A stretch of 64,000 nucleotides of DNA from Octopus sinensis (GCF_006345805.1 NC_043012.1:55490001-55554000); one strand, 5' to 3'; shown: positions 24,063-36,569, counted from the stretch's first letter. Program-made: numbers and translations. Notes: generated from the sequence alone by a model not told the origin.

Positions 24063-26600
24063 TGTCTTTGTATCTGTCTCCCACCACTGCTTGACAACCG
24101 GTGTTGGTGTGTTTATGTCGTTGTAGCTTAGCAGTTTGGCAAAAGAGAAATCAATAGAGTAAATACCAGTCTTAAAAAACAAATAGGTACTGGGGTCGAT
24201 TCATTTGACTATGAATTCTTCAAGGCAGTGCCCCAGCATAGCCACAGTCCAACGACTGAAACAAATATATGATAAAGGTAACCTCTTAACAATCCATTAC
24301 TTCAAAATTTTCAGGTAACATCCAATACAGAGCAGCCAGAAGCAGCACTTTGTTTTTTTTTCAGAACGACCCTTTTCTTAATAGGTTGCCATTCTAGTTG
24401 AGCCCTATCTGTCCTTGCTACTCTATATACATCAATAACTGGAACAGTGGCTGAGTGATACCGAGGTAGTGAACCTACACACCTCTCTTAGGCTCACTGC
24501 TGCTTCAAGATACTTCACAGTTTAACCTGGGACTGCAATGTACCCAGTTAATTTGTGTGGCCGTGAAGAGCAACTGCAGATGTTGTTATGTCTTGATAGT
24601 AGCGAGATTGCATATCAGCCAAATATTTATGCACTTGGTTCTTCTTTTACTCCAATAAATTGGACTAGATGGTAACAGTAGATGAAAGCAAAAGTGTAGC
24701 AAGCAGAACCAGCATGCACTAATTACAAGTACTACCACCCTAATAGTATAGAACAAATATTTCTTCCTTAAGCACTTTCCTCCCTCTAGATCATAGGTTA
24801 ATGACAGCTTTTTTTCACTGTTCTTCACTTTGGGGCATCAATTGTGATGTGGATCTCCTCTCCCAGGTCTTGTTGGTTTTGAATTATCATCGATGCTTCT
24901 CTAACTTTGCTTTTTTCTAGGTAGATGTGATGGCCCTATGCAAACCTACTTTTACCTCTAGGAAGCGGTGATCTATATTAATCTGGCCTCTGTCTTTTGA
25001 CTTGTCTAGCATGGGCTGACCAACAAGGAGCTTGCATTCCAATGACATAGCTCAGAGTCATTGAGACATAGAATCCACAACACAACAACAAGGGTTGGAC
25101 CTCCAGGTGGACAAGATACTTCACACTCATAAATTTAGTACTTGCCCAAAGATGTAACTAGTTCATGTACCATTGACACAGACTCCAAAACTCAACGCAC
25201 AAAATATTGTTTAGCTTGAGCCAAACAAGGAACTTCTACATTTGTGTTTCCTAACTTTTCGTTAACCCAACCTTTCTTTGATGCCTAATCAAATCAACTG
25301 GCACAAACCCTCTTAATATGCTCAGTAGTGACGGTAGTGAAAAACAATTGAAGTTTAATTTGAATTTCCAGCACCCAAATGAAATAAATTTTAGCACCTC
25401 AGATTGGGGGAAAACTGCTTTATATAGTCATTTGTGTTACAAGAAATTGTAGCTAAATATCCCTCAAATTACACCCTACATCATCATCATTATCAGCAAT
25501 ATCATCTTATTGCTTCCATGCAAGGAGAGGTTAAATGGTTTGACAATATTTGACAGGTCCAAGGATTACATCATGCTTTGTCATGACTTCTACATCTGGA
25601 TGGCCTTCCTTGTGTCAGCCATTTGATGGAGTGTAATGGGTACTTTTTTACTGTGGCACAAGCACCAGTGAGGTTGCCATGAAGCTTGCAAGATGAAGAT
25701 CCACTTTGACTGAGCAAGGTTTCAGTAGAGAGGGGATAGCTTTGGAGAACACAATAAATAATGTAGTATAAAATATGGAATATCCAAAAGAAAGACCAGA
25801 TGGCCATTGCTGGATCATCCTTGACGACAGGTCTGCTGAGTCAGGTGATAACCTGAGGCCAGACAACTACAACAATGACCCTGTGTAACACGATTTTTGC
25901 CCTTGGGTAGCAATTGTTATTTTCTATTTGCTGACCCCAAGAAAGTATGAAGAATAGCTAATATTTCCTTCAAACTTTGCTTTTGTTACATTTATTCACA
26001 CCCCAAAGAATTCCTTTCAATACATGGCTCCTCCACTACTCCTGCTCATGATCAGAGATGCTCAAGTGGTTAAGGTCAAGCAACTAACAAGCAAATCTGT
26101 GGTATTGAGTAGAATATTTGCTATAACAATATTTCTGCTTCAGCAACTCAGTCCGGAATTTATCTGAATTGTAATGGCAAAATAGGTCATTTTCAAAACA
26201 TTGATGTCCAGGTCACAAAAGCAAAGTTTGAAGGGAATAGTAGGCGGCCAGCTGGCAGAAACGTTAGCATGCTGGGCAAAATGCTTAGCAGTATTTCGTC
26301 TGCCGTTATGTTCTGAGTTCAAATTCCACCGAGGTCAACTTTGCCTTTCATCCTTTTGGAATCGATAAATTAAGTACCAGTTACACACTGGGGTTGATGT
26401 AATCGACTTAATCCCTTTGTCTGTCCTTGTTTGTCCCCTCTATGTTTAGCCCCTTGTGGGCAATAAAGAAATAAGTAGTCTCTTCCTTTGATTTCTAGAT
26501 AGAAGCAAATAGGAAATAATATTTACTGACCAAAGACAAAAAAAAAATTTTTGTTACACAGTGTAATGGAAAAATGTCTAAGAGTATAAATATGAAATAC

Positions 26601-26794
26601 CTTGGTTTATTTGTTAAAGATGGGAAATTCTGAGAGTTGTCTGCTGCTGCTGTTGTTGGACAAAGAGAAGATAAAGCTGGAAGATCAGAATCATTGGAAT
26701 TGTTTGTCGTTTCCAAAGACCATCTTGAGATATCAGAGGAATCAGGAGTTCTTGATTTCCTGTTCGATACACACCCATTGAGTTCTGGAGACAC
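26601..26794 (-). CDS. Coding exon 6, Ser/Thr-rich linker
   Basis: VSPELNGCVSNRKSRTPDSSDISRW...LTNKP. Acceptor ttaatttag, donor AG|gtattt, phase 0 to 2. Confidence 0.75.
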
Positions 26795-27551
26795 CTAAAT
26801 TAAGAAATGTAAGTAAATTGCTTTATCAATGTGTGTGTGTGTGTTAAGTTTAAATAGCTATCTGTGTATCATTCTTAATGTAAAAACATCACGAAAGACA
26901 ATTTACTGCAGTATTTGTCCAGAGATAATATCTCTTATAGACAGATTATGTTTAAAGGTACATTATAACACAAATCCATGAGATATATCTCCAGATGAAT
27001 ACCACAGTAAACTTGCCTTTCACAATGTATTTACATTAAGTATGATACATAGAGGGCTATCTTAATCTAATACTGTTTCTGTAGCATATAATGGATTTTT
27101 ATTTTTAATCTTATTATATTCAATGTTAGGAGAATTAAAAAGTTAACTAGAAATAATTATAGAGTGTGGGGAGGGAGATTAGTTAAATACTTATTTTAAT
27201 CATATTGAAGGTGGCGATCTGGCAGAGTTGTTAACATGCAAACAAAATGTTTAGCGGCATTTCATTTGTATTTTCATTCTGAGTTCAAACTCCACCAAGG
27301 TTGACTTTGACTTTCAACCTTTCAGGATCGATAAGATGAGTGGCAGTTAAGCAGTAGGGTCAAAGTAATCTAATAGTCCCCTCTCCCAAAACTTCAGTAC
27401 TTGTGTCTATAATAGAACAGATTATTATGCAGCCTTGTTGTAAAAATAAAGTATCAACCAAGTACTGGAGTTCATATAATTAACAATGCCACTCTTCCAA
27501 ATTTGAGGCCTTTTGCCTATGTTAATAATAATGTTGTATGAGAGAAAACTC

Positions 27552-27590
27552 TAGGACATGTTTCAATCTTATTATGACCTCATCAATGAA
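27552..27590 (-). ncRNA. Degenerate minimal hammerhead ribozyme motif (Penelope-like relic)
   Basis: Minus: TTGATGA ggtc-ataataa-gatt GAAA catg TC. Palindromic CATG tetranucleotide and UC cleavage site. C3U change and stem I not intact. Confidence 0.4.
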
Positions 27591-27847
27591 ACAGACATCA
27601 CCTAACTTACTGAAGTTGTCACAGAAGAATAAGTATATGTAAATATAGAAAAATGCACATGAAATCTCAAAGAATCCATTGGTATGGCAAACAACAGCTA
27701 GGATGGTGCTAACATATTTAACGTAGGGGCTAATAGAAAGCTAACGAGAAATAATTATGAGATGAGGAAAAACAATATCAGTCATTAGTCATATTATGCT
27801 TGTCAACATTGGTTTACTACTCAGCCGTGCATTTTACTTATCAAGAA

Positions 27848-28870
27848 CTAGCAGAAGTACCAGCATTGCTTGGGCTATGAACGCTTTGTCATTCTAAGAA
27901 CGACCAGCAATGCCAAAGCTTTTTTGAAAAACACAGAATATCATGCCAAAACATACCAAAATTCACAAAAACGTACAAAATGTTTTTGAAATATGTCACA
28001 ATTGCAAAAATAAAGAAAAATACAGGTTTTTCTTTAAAAATTTGAAATATATGGGTGTATAATGACTTGAAATTTATAAAAATACATATAAAAAAGAAGG
28101 GATATTGAAATTTAGAATCTCTAACACATATATTCTGGTGAATGGTGTACTGTTCCTGGCACGGTGAATGGCACACTGTTCTTCATTCTCTGGAGCTCAT
28201 GGAGCAGCAGTTGCTATAGCATTCCTGACGTGGCAAATGGCGCACTGTTCTTCATTCTCTGCAGCTCGTGCAGCAGTAGTTACTGTAGCATCCCGTATAC
28301 GACGGATAATGACTCAGGTTAGCACATAGTGAAGCTGTTAATGAAGCATTTCTGATCTGGTAACTACTATGCTGCTCCTCACTTTCCATGGCTCTTGCAG
28401 TGACTGTGCAAGCAGCATTTTGTGAATGTCTTCTTGCAGTCTCATGTGAGGATTCATTTGCTCTCCTTCTCTTCAATGTCTCTGCTGCAACGGTTCTATG
28501 ACCAATACATGCTCTTTTCTTAGGTGGCATTATCTCAGAGTTTAGAAGCTTCGATTACAAAATGCAGATGTGGCAAAAGTAAATTTAAATACACGGAGTG
28601 CAAAAAATTTAGAGAAAGAAAATGGAGAAAACTGGTTGAAAAGTGCAGAAGTCTTTATAGAAAAACCTGTGTAAAACACCGCTTGTCACGGTCTCTCACT
28701 TTAAGCAGGAGCTCTGGGCAAAATGTTATAGTGTATGACCATCCTTGGCACATAAGTAATGTGTGTACAAAGTTTGCTGAAAATCGGTTGAAAACTGTAG
28801 AAATGTATATGTACTACACAGACATACAGACAGGCATCATTTGTAAGGAGAATGTACAAATACTATAAGG
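27848..28870 (-). mobile_element. Helitron relic retaining a Rep/Hel-type N-terminal ORF fragment
   Basis: 3' ccaagcaatgctggtacttctgCTAG|T. ORF 28530-28252 MPPKKRACIGHRTVAAETLKRRRANESSHETARR resembles Helitron protein N-termini. The 5' end is approximate. Confidence 0.55.
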
Positions 28871-29784
28871 ACAAAAAACTTGGGTCATTTTAGGATAGCT
28901 TTTTCTAATGCATGACCACTCAGTGGTATGGTTGAAATCTCGATGGTTAGTAATAAAGGCTTATTGGATGTTTGTGGCCCATAGCAATCATGCGTACACA
29001 TGCACGACTGCATGCACAACGTTTTCGATAGAAGGAGAAATGTAAATAGTGTATTTAAATAAACAGATGGCAAAAAAAAATTAATAAGTAAAGCAACGTT
29101 GTAGGGAGAACGAACAAGACGAAGATATTTACGCACGACAAAACTGAAATACACTGAAGTCAATTTTTTGCCAGATGTGGCAAAACTGAATTTAAACACA
29201 CTGGGTATACAGAAATTAACACATAAAGTGTGACGGGCCACGATCGTGGCCGTCAGGCACAGGTCGACAGGCCACGATCGTGGCCCAGATAGATGCATTT
29301 AATTCTTGGGCGTTTGTTGGAGGTCTAATATCACTCAAACACTCCAATAACCCCACCACCACCGGAATGCAAGAGGAATAATTCTTCAACTAATGACTTT
29401 TCAGATGCTATAAAACTTGTCGTCATTATATACTAAGAAGATATTTTAACTGTTTTTTTGTTATTTATGTGAGCATAGTAATCTCATTTTCATAAAACGA
29501 GCTCAACTATCCATGGCTATTTGCAGCGTTTTATGGGTTAAAAATTATTTTCCAGGGAGGACGTACTAAAGGGGAGGTAATTATATTCAACCAATCTATT
29601 TGATTTACAGTAACCTAACTTGTTTCGTAAACCTAGAGAAAATATAACGTCCTGTAATATTTGAATTTGAAGATACAATCATAAATTTATTATATAGAAT
29701 GGTTTCTATCCCATTGCATTCCAGTTAAGTATTTCTATATTTCAGTCAAGGCTTCATTTATATAAATCATTATTATATTCATCT

Positions 29785-29888
29785 GGCGGAGGAAATTAAA
29801 ACGCACACCACCCGTTTTCGGCCAAACTGTAAAACTAACCTTAAGCCCTAACCCTAAACATCGGGTGTGCGTATTCTTTACCTTCGCC
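29785..29888. mobile_element. 104-bp Merlin-type MITE with CCCTAA repeats
   Basis: TIRs GGCGGAGGAAATTAAAACGCACACC / GGTGTGCGTATTCTTTACCTTCGCC, 8-bp TSD ATTCATCT / ATTCAGCT. Confidence 0.65.
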
Positions 29889-31158
29889 ATTCAGCTTATA
29901 TTTAAAGTTTTCATTTTTCATCCACCTCTCTCACATTCACCCGTAATATATCGTAACAAGTTTGTAACAAGATACGACATTTGATCTGTCCATATTCAAT
30001 ACCGGCCACCAACATCATTTATCATGACACATGATTAATGAAGGACGACATCAGATTCATCTGCATCACCATCATCATTAACATTTAACATCCATTTTCC
30101 ATGCTGGCATGGGTTGGATGGTTTGACAGGAACTGAACTAGCAATGTCAGGGGCTGCATCAAGTTCCATACTCTGTATTGACTTGGCTTCTACAGCGGGA
30201 TGCCCTTCCCAATGACAACCACTTTACAAAGTGTACTGGGTTTTTTTTTCATGGCACCAATATAGAAGAGAAACAAATCTTTAGTCTTGCAGATGACACA
30301 ATGACTTCTCTAGTGCTGGTGCCAAAATATAATGTGCCCACTACACAAGGCAATATGATCTGGTGTTAGAAAATTTCCCACAACAAATTCCGTCTGACCC
30401 ATCAAGCATGAAAAAGTGGACATTAAATGACAATGATGATATATATATATATATATATATATATATGGTTCCGAGTTCAGTTCCACAGTGGGGCACCTTG
30501 AGCAATTGCCTTCTACTATAGCCTCGGGCTGACCAAAGCCTTGTGAGTGGATTTGGTAGACGGAAACTGAAAGAAGCCCGTCGTATATATGTATATATAT
30601 ATATGCATCTGTGTTTGTCCCCCAAGCATTGCTTGACAACCGATGCTGGTGTGTTTATGTCCCCGTTACTTACCGGTTTGGCAAAAGAGACCGATAGAAT
30701 AAGTACTGGGCTTAGAAAAGAATAAGTCTCGGGGTCGAGTTGCTCGATTAAAGGCGGTGCTCCAGCATGGCCGCAGTCAAATGACTGAAACAAGTAAAAG
30801 AGTAAAAGAGTATATATATATATTACCGTGATCACCGTGACCGACCAGGCTATCAGATGTTGCTACACATCGCTGGTCACAATGCGTTTCGCATTGTTTT
30901 AACCATTAAATGACGCCACCCCGCTGGCTAAGGGAGCAGGCCAACAGAAGAAAGAGTGAGAGAAAGTTGCAGCGAAAGAGTACAGCAGGGATTGCCACCA
31001 CCCCCTGCCGGAGCCTCGTGGAGCTTTAGGTGTTTTCACTCAATAAACACTCACAATGCCTAGTCTAGGAATCGAAACCGTGATCCTATGACCGCGAGTC
31101 CACTGCCCTAACCACTGGGCCATTGCATCTCCACACACACACATATATATATTATTAT

Positions 31159-31211
<53 letters not shown>

Positions 31212-31308
31212 TAATAATAAAGGGTAAAATTTATTAATCAATTAATAATTAATAATTTTACCAAGTAGTTCGGTATGTTAAAAGAACCATTACCGTAAAC
31301 TTATACAA

Positions 31309-31526
31309 AAATTCTATAATTATGAGCATAATTATAATTAGGGTTCAGCAAAATTTGCTTCACCCCATACCGAAATTTAGAAATAGCAGTCAAAATACTA
31401 TTCTACTACTATAAGATATCTTATGGTAGTAGAATAGTATTTTAACTGCTATTTCTAAATTTCGGTATGGGGTGAAGCAAATTTTGCTGAACCCTAATTA
31501 TAATTATGCACATAATTATAGAATTT
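31309..31526. repeat. 218-bp spacerless palindrome
   Basis: Centre GAT|ATC at 31417/31418, 109-bp arms with 3 mismatches found by hand. Confidence 0.92.
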
Positions 31527-31543
31527 ATATATATATATATATT

Positions 31544-33525
31544 AGGGTGGGTAACGACGCTGGCGCGGGTGGGGCTTTGATCAACTTGGATCAGAGTAAA
31601 GCCTTCGATAGGGTCGACCATCGGTACCTGGCAGCTGTCCTCAAGGCAGCCGGCTTCGGTCCAGTCTTCCGCGGGTGGATCGCTGCTTTATACAGCAACA
31701 TCTGCTCGGTGATACGGGTGAACGGTCACCTTTCGGAACCGTTCGACATCTCGCGTTCGGTCCGCCAAGGATGCCCTCTCTCTTCCCTCTTGTACATTTT
31801 GACTCTCGAGCCATTACTGCGCAAGTTGGAGGCTTTGAGGGGCATCCCGCGCGATCTAGGAGGCGGAAACAGCGTGTCTGCTTATGCCGACGACGTCACC
31901 GTGGTGGTGTCGAGCCACAGGCACATTGGCCTGATTGGCGAGACGCTAAACCAGTACGAAGCGGTGACAGGGGCAAAGATTAACGTGGAAAAGTCTGTGG
32001 GCTTGCAACTGGGCACCTGGAGAGGCAAGCCCATGCCGTCCAACAGCGTCGTAGGGCGCTGGACAGACGGACCCGTTAAACTGCTCGGGGTCTGGTTCGG
32101 TCCGGACCTCCAGGTGGATAAGAACTGGGAAGAGGTGACGAGCAGGGTGGCACGTCTCACCCAGAAATGGGCCGAGAGGAAGCTGTCCCTGAAAGGTCGA
32201 GCGGAGGTGGCGAATGCGTACATCGCATCCGTCATCTATTACCGCTTGACCGTCGTCCCTTGTCCCGACCGCTGGTTGGCCAAGCTGGTACGCCTGCTCT
32301 TCGACTTTTTGTGGAAGGGTCAGGTGCCACTGGTCAGGCGATCCATCTGCTGTCAACGACCGCTGAACGGAGGCCTTGGACATGCGCTCAGGCTGCGGCA
32401 TCTCAAGCGCTTCCTAGACGGTGAACAGGTGTGGTCGTCTTTTGTCAGACGCGATTTTCCGCAGCTCGTCTCTTTGACGGAGCTGCAGACCTGGATCAAA
32501 CGTAGACCGAGAAAGGGCGCTTGGCACCTCGAGTGCCGTCAAGCCCTCTCCGCCCTCCACCAGGCGGGCAATGCGGTCGGTTACAGCTCCACTCTAGCAT
32601 TCTATAGAGGGTTAGTGGAGGAAAAATGCGACGACGTTCTCGGGGAAACTCTAGGCGTTGAAGATGACGAACTGTGCGGTCTGTTCGGAAGGACTTTCGG
32701 GCCGGGGCCGATGGATAATTTCCAGAGGTCTCTCGCTTGGCAGTGCTACCGAGGGGCTCTGCCTGTTCGAGATAAACTCTACCGGCACGGAAGTGCCGTC
32801 AGCCGGGCCTGCCCGAGGTGTTGCCAGGACGACGAAACCGTCCTGCACGCACTTGTCCAGTGCCCGAGTATTGCTGAAATATGGGTTTATGTCGAACAGC
32901 TACTGTCACGTGTAGGACGGATCCGACTATCGGCCGAATCCATAGTGAAGATTGCCCCACCGACCTCCTTTAACAAGGAGGGCGAGGCCGTGTTCTTGTG
33001 CCTAGTGGCTGTGGCGAAAGAGGTGGTGTGGTGGACTCGTTTGAAAGGGCTAAAGTCAGACACTTTCCTCTTTGGTCAAGGCCTCATCAACTTTTTCAAG
33101 TTTCACTTGAAAAGGAAAATGAGGTTAGAGAGGAAAGTGCTGTCCGATAGCAAGTTTTATGAAAGGTGGGTGAATTGTGCGAGACTGGCCTGTATAAATG
33201 GACCAGTTCTCAGGTTTCGCCTGTGATTTCAAAGAAAAAGGTAATGTAAAAGGAGAAGAAAGGGGACTCTCTACACCCCCTTTTTTTGACCAGGCTCCCG
33301 TTGGCTTTTGTAGGGTTTTTTCCACCAGGAACCTTTCGAGACGTCTCCCCCATTTGGGAGTTTTTCATTGTTGAATTTTATAAGTTGTTATAAAGATTTT
33401 TACTCGATGTTTTAAAAAAACGGCAAAACCCTTTGTAACCTTTCGTCCTGTCTTGTCCCTTTATGTAATCATGCGTGTCAGCCCTTGTGGCCAATAAAAA
33501 AGAATTGATTATTATTATTATTATA
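31544..33525 (+). mobile_element. 5'-truncated Tx1-clade (L1 group) non-LTR retrotransposon with intact ORF2 portion to 33226
   Basis: RT motifs LDQSKAFDRVDH, VRQGCPLS and YADD, plus C-terminal zinc-binding CPRCCQDDETVLHALVQC. 3' UTR ends with AATAAA and (TTA)n. GC/CpG-rich with no stops. Confidence 0.92.
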
Positions 33526-33674
33526 AGGAACACGCGTTGTGAGTTCCTGTTGAGCAGTCCAACCTGTGGCAGCATGGAAAACAGACACCTGTTTTCCATG
33601 CTGGCATGAGTTAGATGGCTCAACAGGAACAGGCAAGGCCAGGGTCTACACCAGGTTCCTTATATTGATATAAA

Positions 33675-33947
33675 TCTCTCTCTATATAAACGGCAGTTTG
33701 TCTGTCTGTGTGTCTGTCAGGTTGTACCCTCACCCTGACCACAGCTTTCAACCGATTCTGATGAAACTTGACACACACATAGCCCAATGTCATAATTCAA
33801 AACTAACGCAGCAAAAATTTTGAAAAGTTCCCCCAGTTCTGAAAAAAATCGATAAATTCGACATGGGGTCGAGAATCTAAGCTTTTTATATGCAACACAT
33901 TTTCTGGGGCTCTTACATACCCGGGCAATGCCGGGCTATGCTGCTAG
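33675..33947 (+). mobile_element. Complete 273-bp non-autonomous Helitron
   Basis: A|TCTCTCTCTATATAAACGG start, cccgggcaatgccggg hairpin, CTAG|T end. Confidence 0.85.
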
Positions 33948-34000
<53 letters not shown>

Positions 34001-34330
34001 ATTATTGTCATTTAATGTCCACTTTTTCATGTTTGATGGGTCAGACGGAATTTGTTGAGGGAGATTTTCTACAACCAGATGCCCTTCCTGTTACTAACCC
34101 TCACCTGCTTTCAAACAAGGTAATATTTTCCTGTGGGCAGACATGGTTTTCATGGAAGACCAGAAATGAATAACATTAGTTGTATGATGGGGATGTTCGT
34201 TTACAACCATCACATACGAGACAAGAATACACGCACACACTCATATATAGATAGTTACATACATTCATACACACACAGATACACTGAAAACAGAAATAAG
34301 AAAAGACAGGTGACAAACAAATAATCTTAC

Positions 34331-34457
34331 CTGAAAGCCTAAATCAATCAAAGATTTCAAGAGCGTATTGATCTTAGGATGAACAACAAAATGTTTGTTA
34401 CTGAATTTCTGGTGATCAAATTTGGAGCCTTTCATGGGATTAATATCAAACAAACAC
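34331..34457 (-). CDS. Coding exon 5, end of SAMD3-like region
   Basis: CLFDINPMKGSKFDHQKFSNKHFVVHPKINTLLKSLIDLGFQ (INPxKGSK...VxPK+xTL motif). Acceptor ttgatag, donor CAG|gtaaga, phase 2 to 0. Confidence 0.88.
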
Positions 34458-34925
34458 CTATCAAAGAAGAAAGAAAAATAGTAATTTAGTGATATTTTTT
34501 AGCCTGTTAGATCTAAAATGAATAATATGACCCCTTGAATTTAGAAAAAGTTCTTGCCCAGACTTGTGCTCCTCTGAGGCACAAGTCCAGGCAAGGTTGT
34601 TTATGGAAGTGCAGCAACAAAGATGTTTCCAACTGAGGACAGCAATTCCAAATGATAACTGACACACACTGTGATGACTCCTGGCTTCTGCATGGTGTTC
34701 TGCATAGGGGAGATCAAATCCAAAGCCATATGACTGCAAAGCATACCTCTTAATCACACGGCTTCTTTCAGTTTCCATCTACCAAATCCACTCACAAGGC
34801 TTTGGTCGGCCCGAGGCTATAGTAGAAGACACTGGCCCAAAGTGCCACGCAGTGGGGACTGAACCCAGAACCATGTAGTTCGTAAGCAAGCTACTTACCA
34901 CACAGCCACTCCTACGCCTATATAT

Positions 34926-34959
<34 letters not shown>

Positions 34960-36149
34960 ATCATCTTCATCATCATCATCATATATATATATCCCTCAAC
35001 AAATTCATAAATGTACTTTGTAGAATGATTATCAAACAAACAATCATCATCATCATCATTAACATTTAATGTCCATTTTCCATGCTGGCATGGGTTGGAT
35101 AGCTTGACAGGAACTGAACTAGCAAGGCTAGGGGCTGCACCAACAAAGGTGTTTCCAAATGTGAACTATCCAAGACGAATTTATTTAAAGTGTTCTGTCT
35201 CTTCTAAGATAATATGGTTTTGATTTGAGGTTTTCAAGTTTAGCATTGCTTACTCTCTTGGCAATTCCTACACTTTATTGCCAAGAAATATTGGCCTTGC
35301 CTTTCCTCCAATCCAGGTAGAACCAAGTAAGAACCACCATTGTTGTTTCTTGTTGCTTTCACAGATTCCCATGACTTTCTGTCACCATCCAATTCCATTA
35401 TCATGAATTTGAATTGGGAGCTTGAGTCACAGAGAATCTTTCAGTAGCTGATTACACAGCCATGGACACCACTTCTATGGTTGTGTTGCAACTACTCTCT
35501 TGATAGAGCTTAGTGTCCCTGACCATTGATCTTGGATTCTTCTGCTCAGCATCAATGTAAGAAGCACCATTGGCTCAATTGAGCTCTTCTGTTACCTCTT
35601 CACAATCTGCCATGCTTTCAGTCCCATGATTTAACCGTATCCTTGGCAGAGTGGCTGAATGAATATTATGCCTTGCTAAATGGCACCCTGTAACTATGCA
35701 TGTCATGGTCATCACTCTGTGAAGTATTTTCTAATACCCAGAAGGACCACCTAATGTGGCTTAAATCAGTTTTGTTGGATCACATTGTCAGTAACAACAG
35801 ATGCATGCCATCCATGTATTAATATATGATCCATTAAGGGCGGCGAGCTGGCAGAAACGTTAGCACGCCAGGCAAAATGCTTACGGTATTTCATCTGACT
35901 TTACTTTCTGAGTCTAAATTCCGCTGAGGTCGACTTTGCCTTTCATCCTTTCGGGGTCGATAAATTAAGTACCAGTTACATACTGGGGTCAATCTAATCG
36001 ACTGGCCCCCCTCCCACAAAATTTCGGGCCTCATGCCTAAAGTGGAAATGAATATATGATCCACTAAATGTTTTGACACTTCACATACATGAGCAACAAT
36101 GAAAAGCCGTTTCTTAGTATATCTTATTGTTAAGAATTCGGTAACAAAC

Positions 36150-36318
36150 CTTTGAACAAATTCCAGTGTTGCAGGTGCCTCTTGATTGTAGCAGATGTTA
36201 AAGCAGTAGTAAGATGCGAACATCATACAGAGGCCAGTTACGAAACTGGTGATCTGTTCGTTGACAACAGTACCATCAACACAAAGCAGAAACTTACAGG
36301 AATTCAACAACGAATCAC
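36150..36318 (-). CDS. Coding exon 4, SAMD3-like C-terminal region
   Basis: GDSLLNSCKFLLCVDGTVVNEQITSFVTGLCMMFASYYCFNICYNQEAPATLEFVQR, with the typical FASYYxFNIxY...ATLEFxQR motif. Acceptor tttcag, donor AG|gtttgt, phase 1 to 2. Confidence 0.9.
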
Positions 36319-36569
36319 CTGAAATTGAAAAAGAAACAAATGATAAATAAATTAAAAAGTAAACAGAAAAAACACGTATGATAAACATGTTTAATAAGGG
36401 AAGGCAAGGTTTACGATATCGGAAGAATACGGTCTCCTTCCATGATCTTTTTGTTCTTTATGTAATTCAGGCTTCAAGCAGGCAAAGAGAGAAGACTTCA
36501 AGTACAAATGCTTTTCACAACTGGTTTATTTACAGGAAAGTTGAAGTGTGCTGCTCTCAGCTACCATCT

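Noticed and set aside
24850-25020. Possible Penelope GIY-YIG C-terminal remnant (KVREASII on minus)
   Set aside because: The match is too short and degenerate to support a feature call without a search.
28885-29298. 137-aa minus ORF over the twin palindromes
   Set aside because: Composition looks non-coding and there are no transposase motifs.
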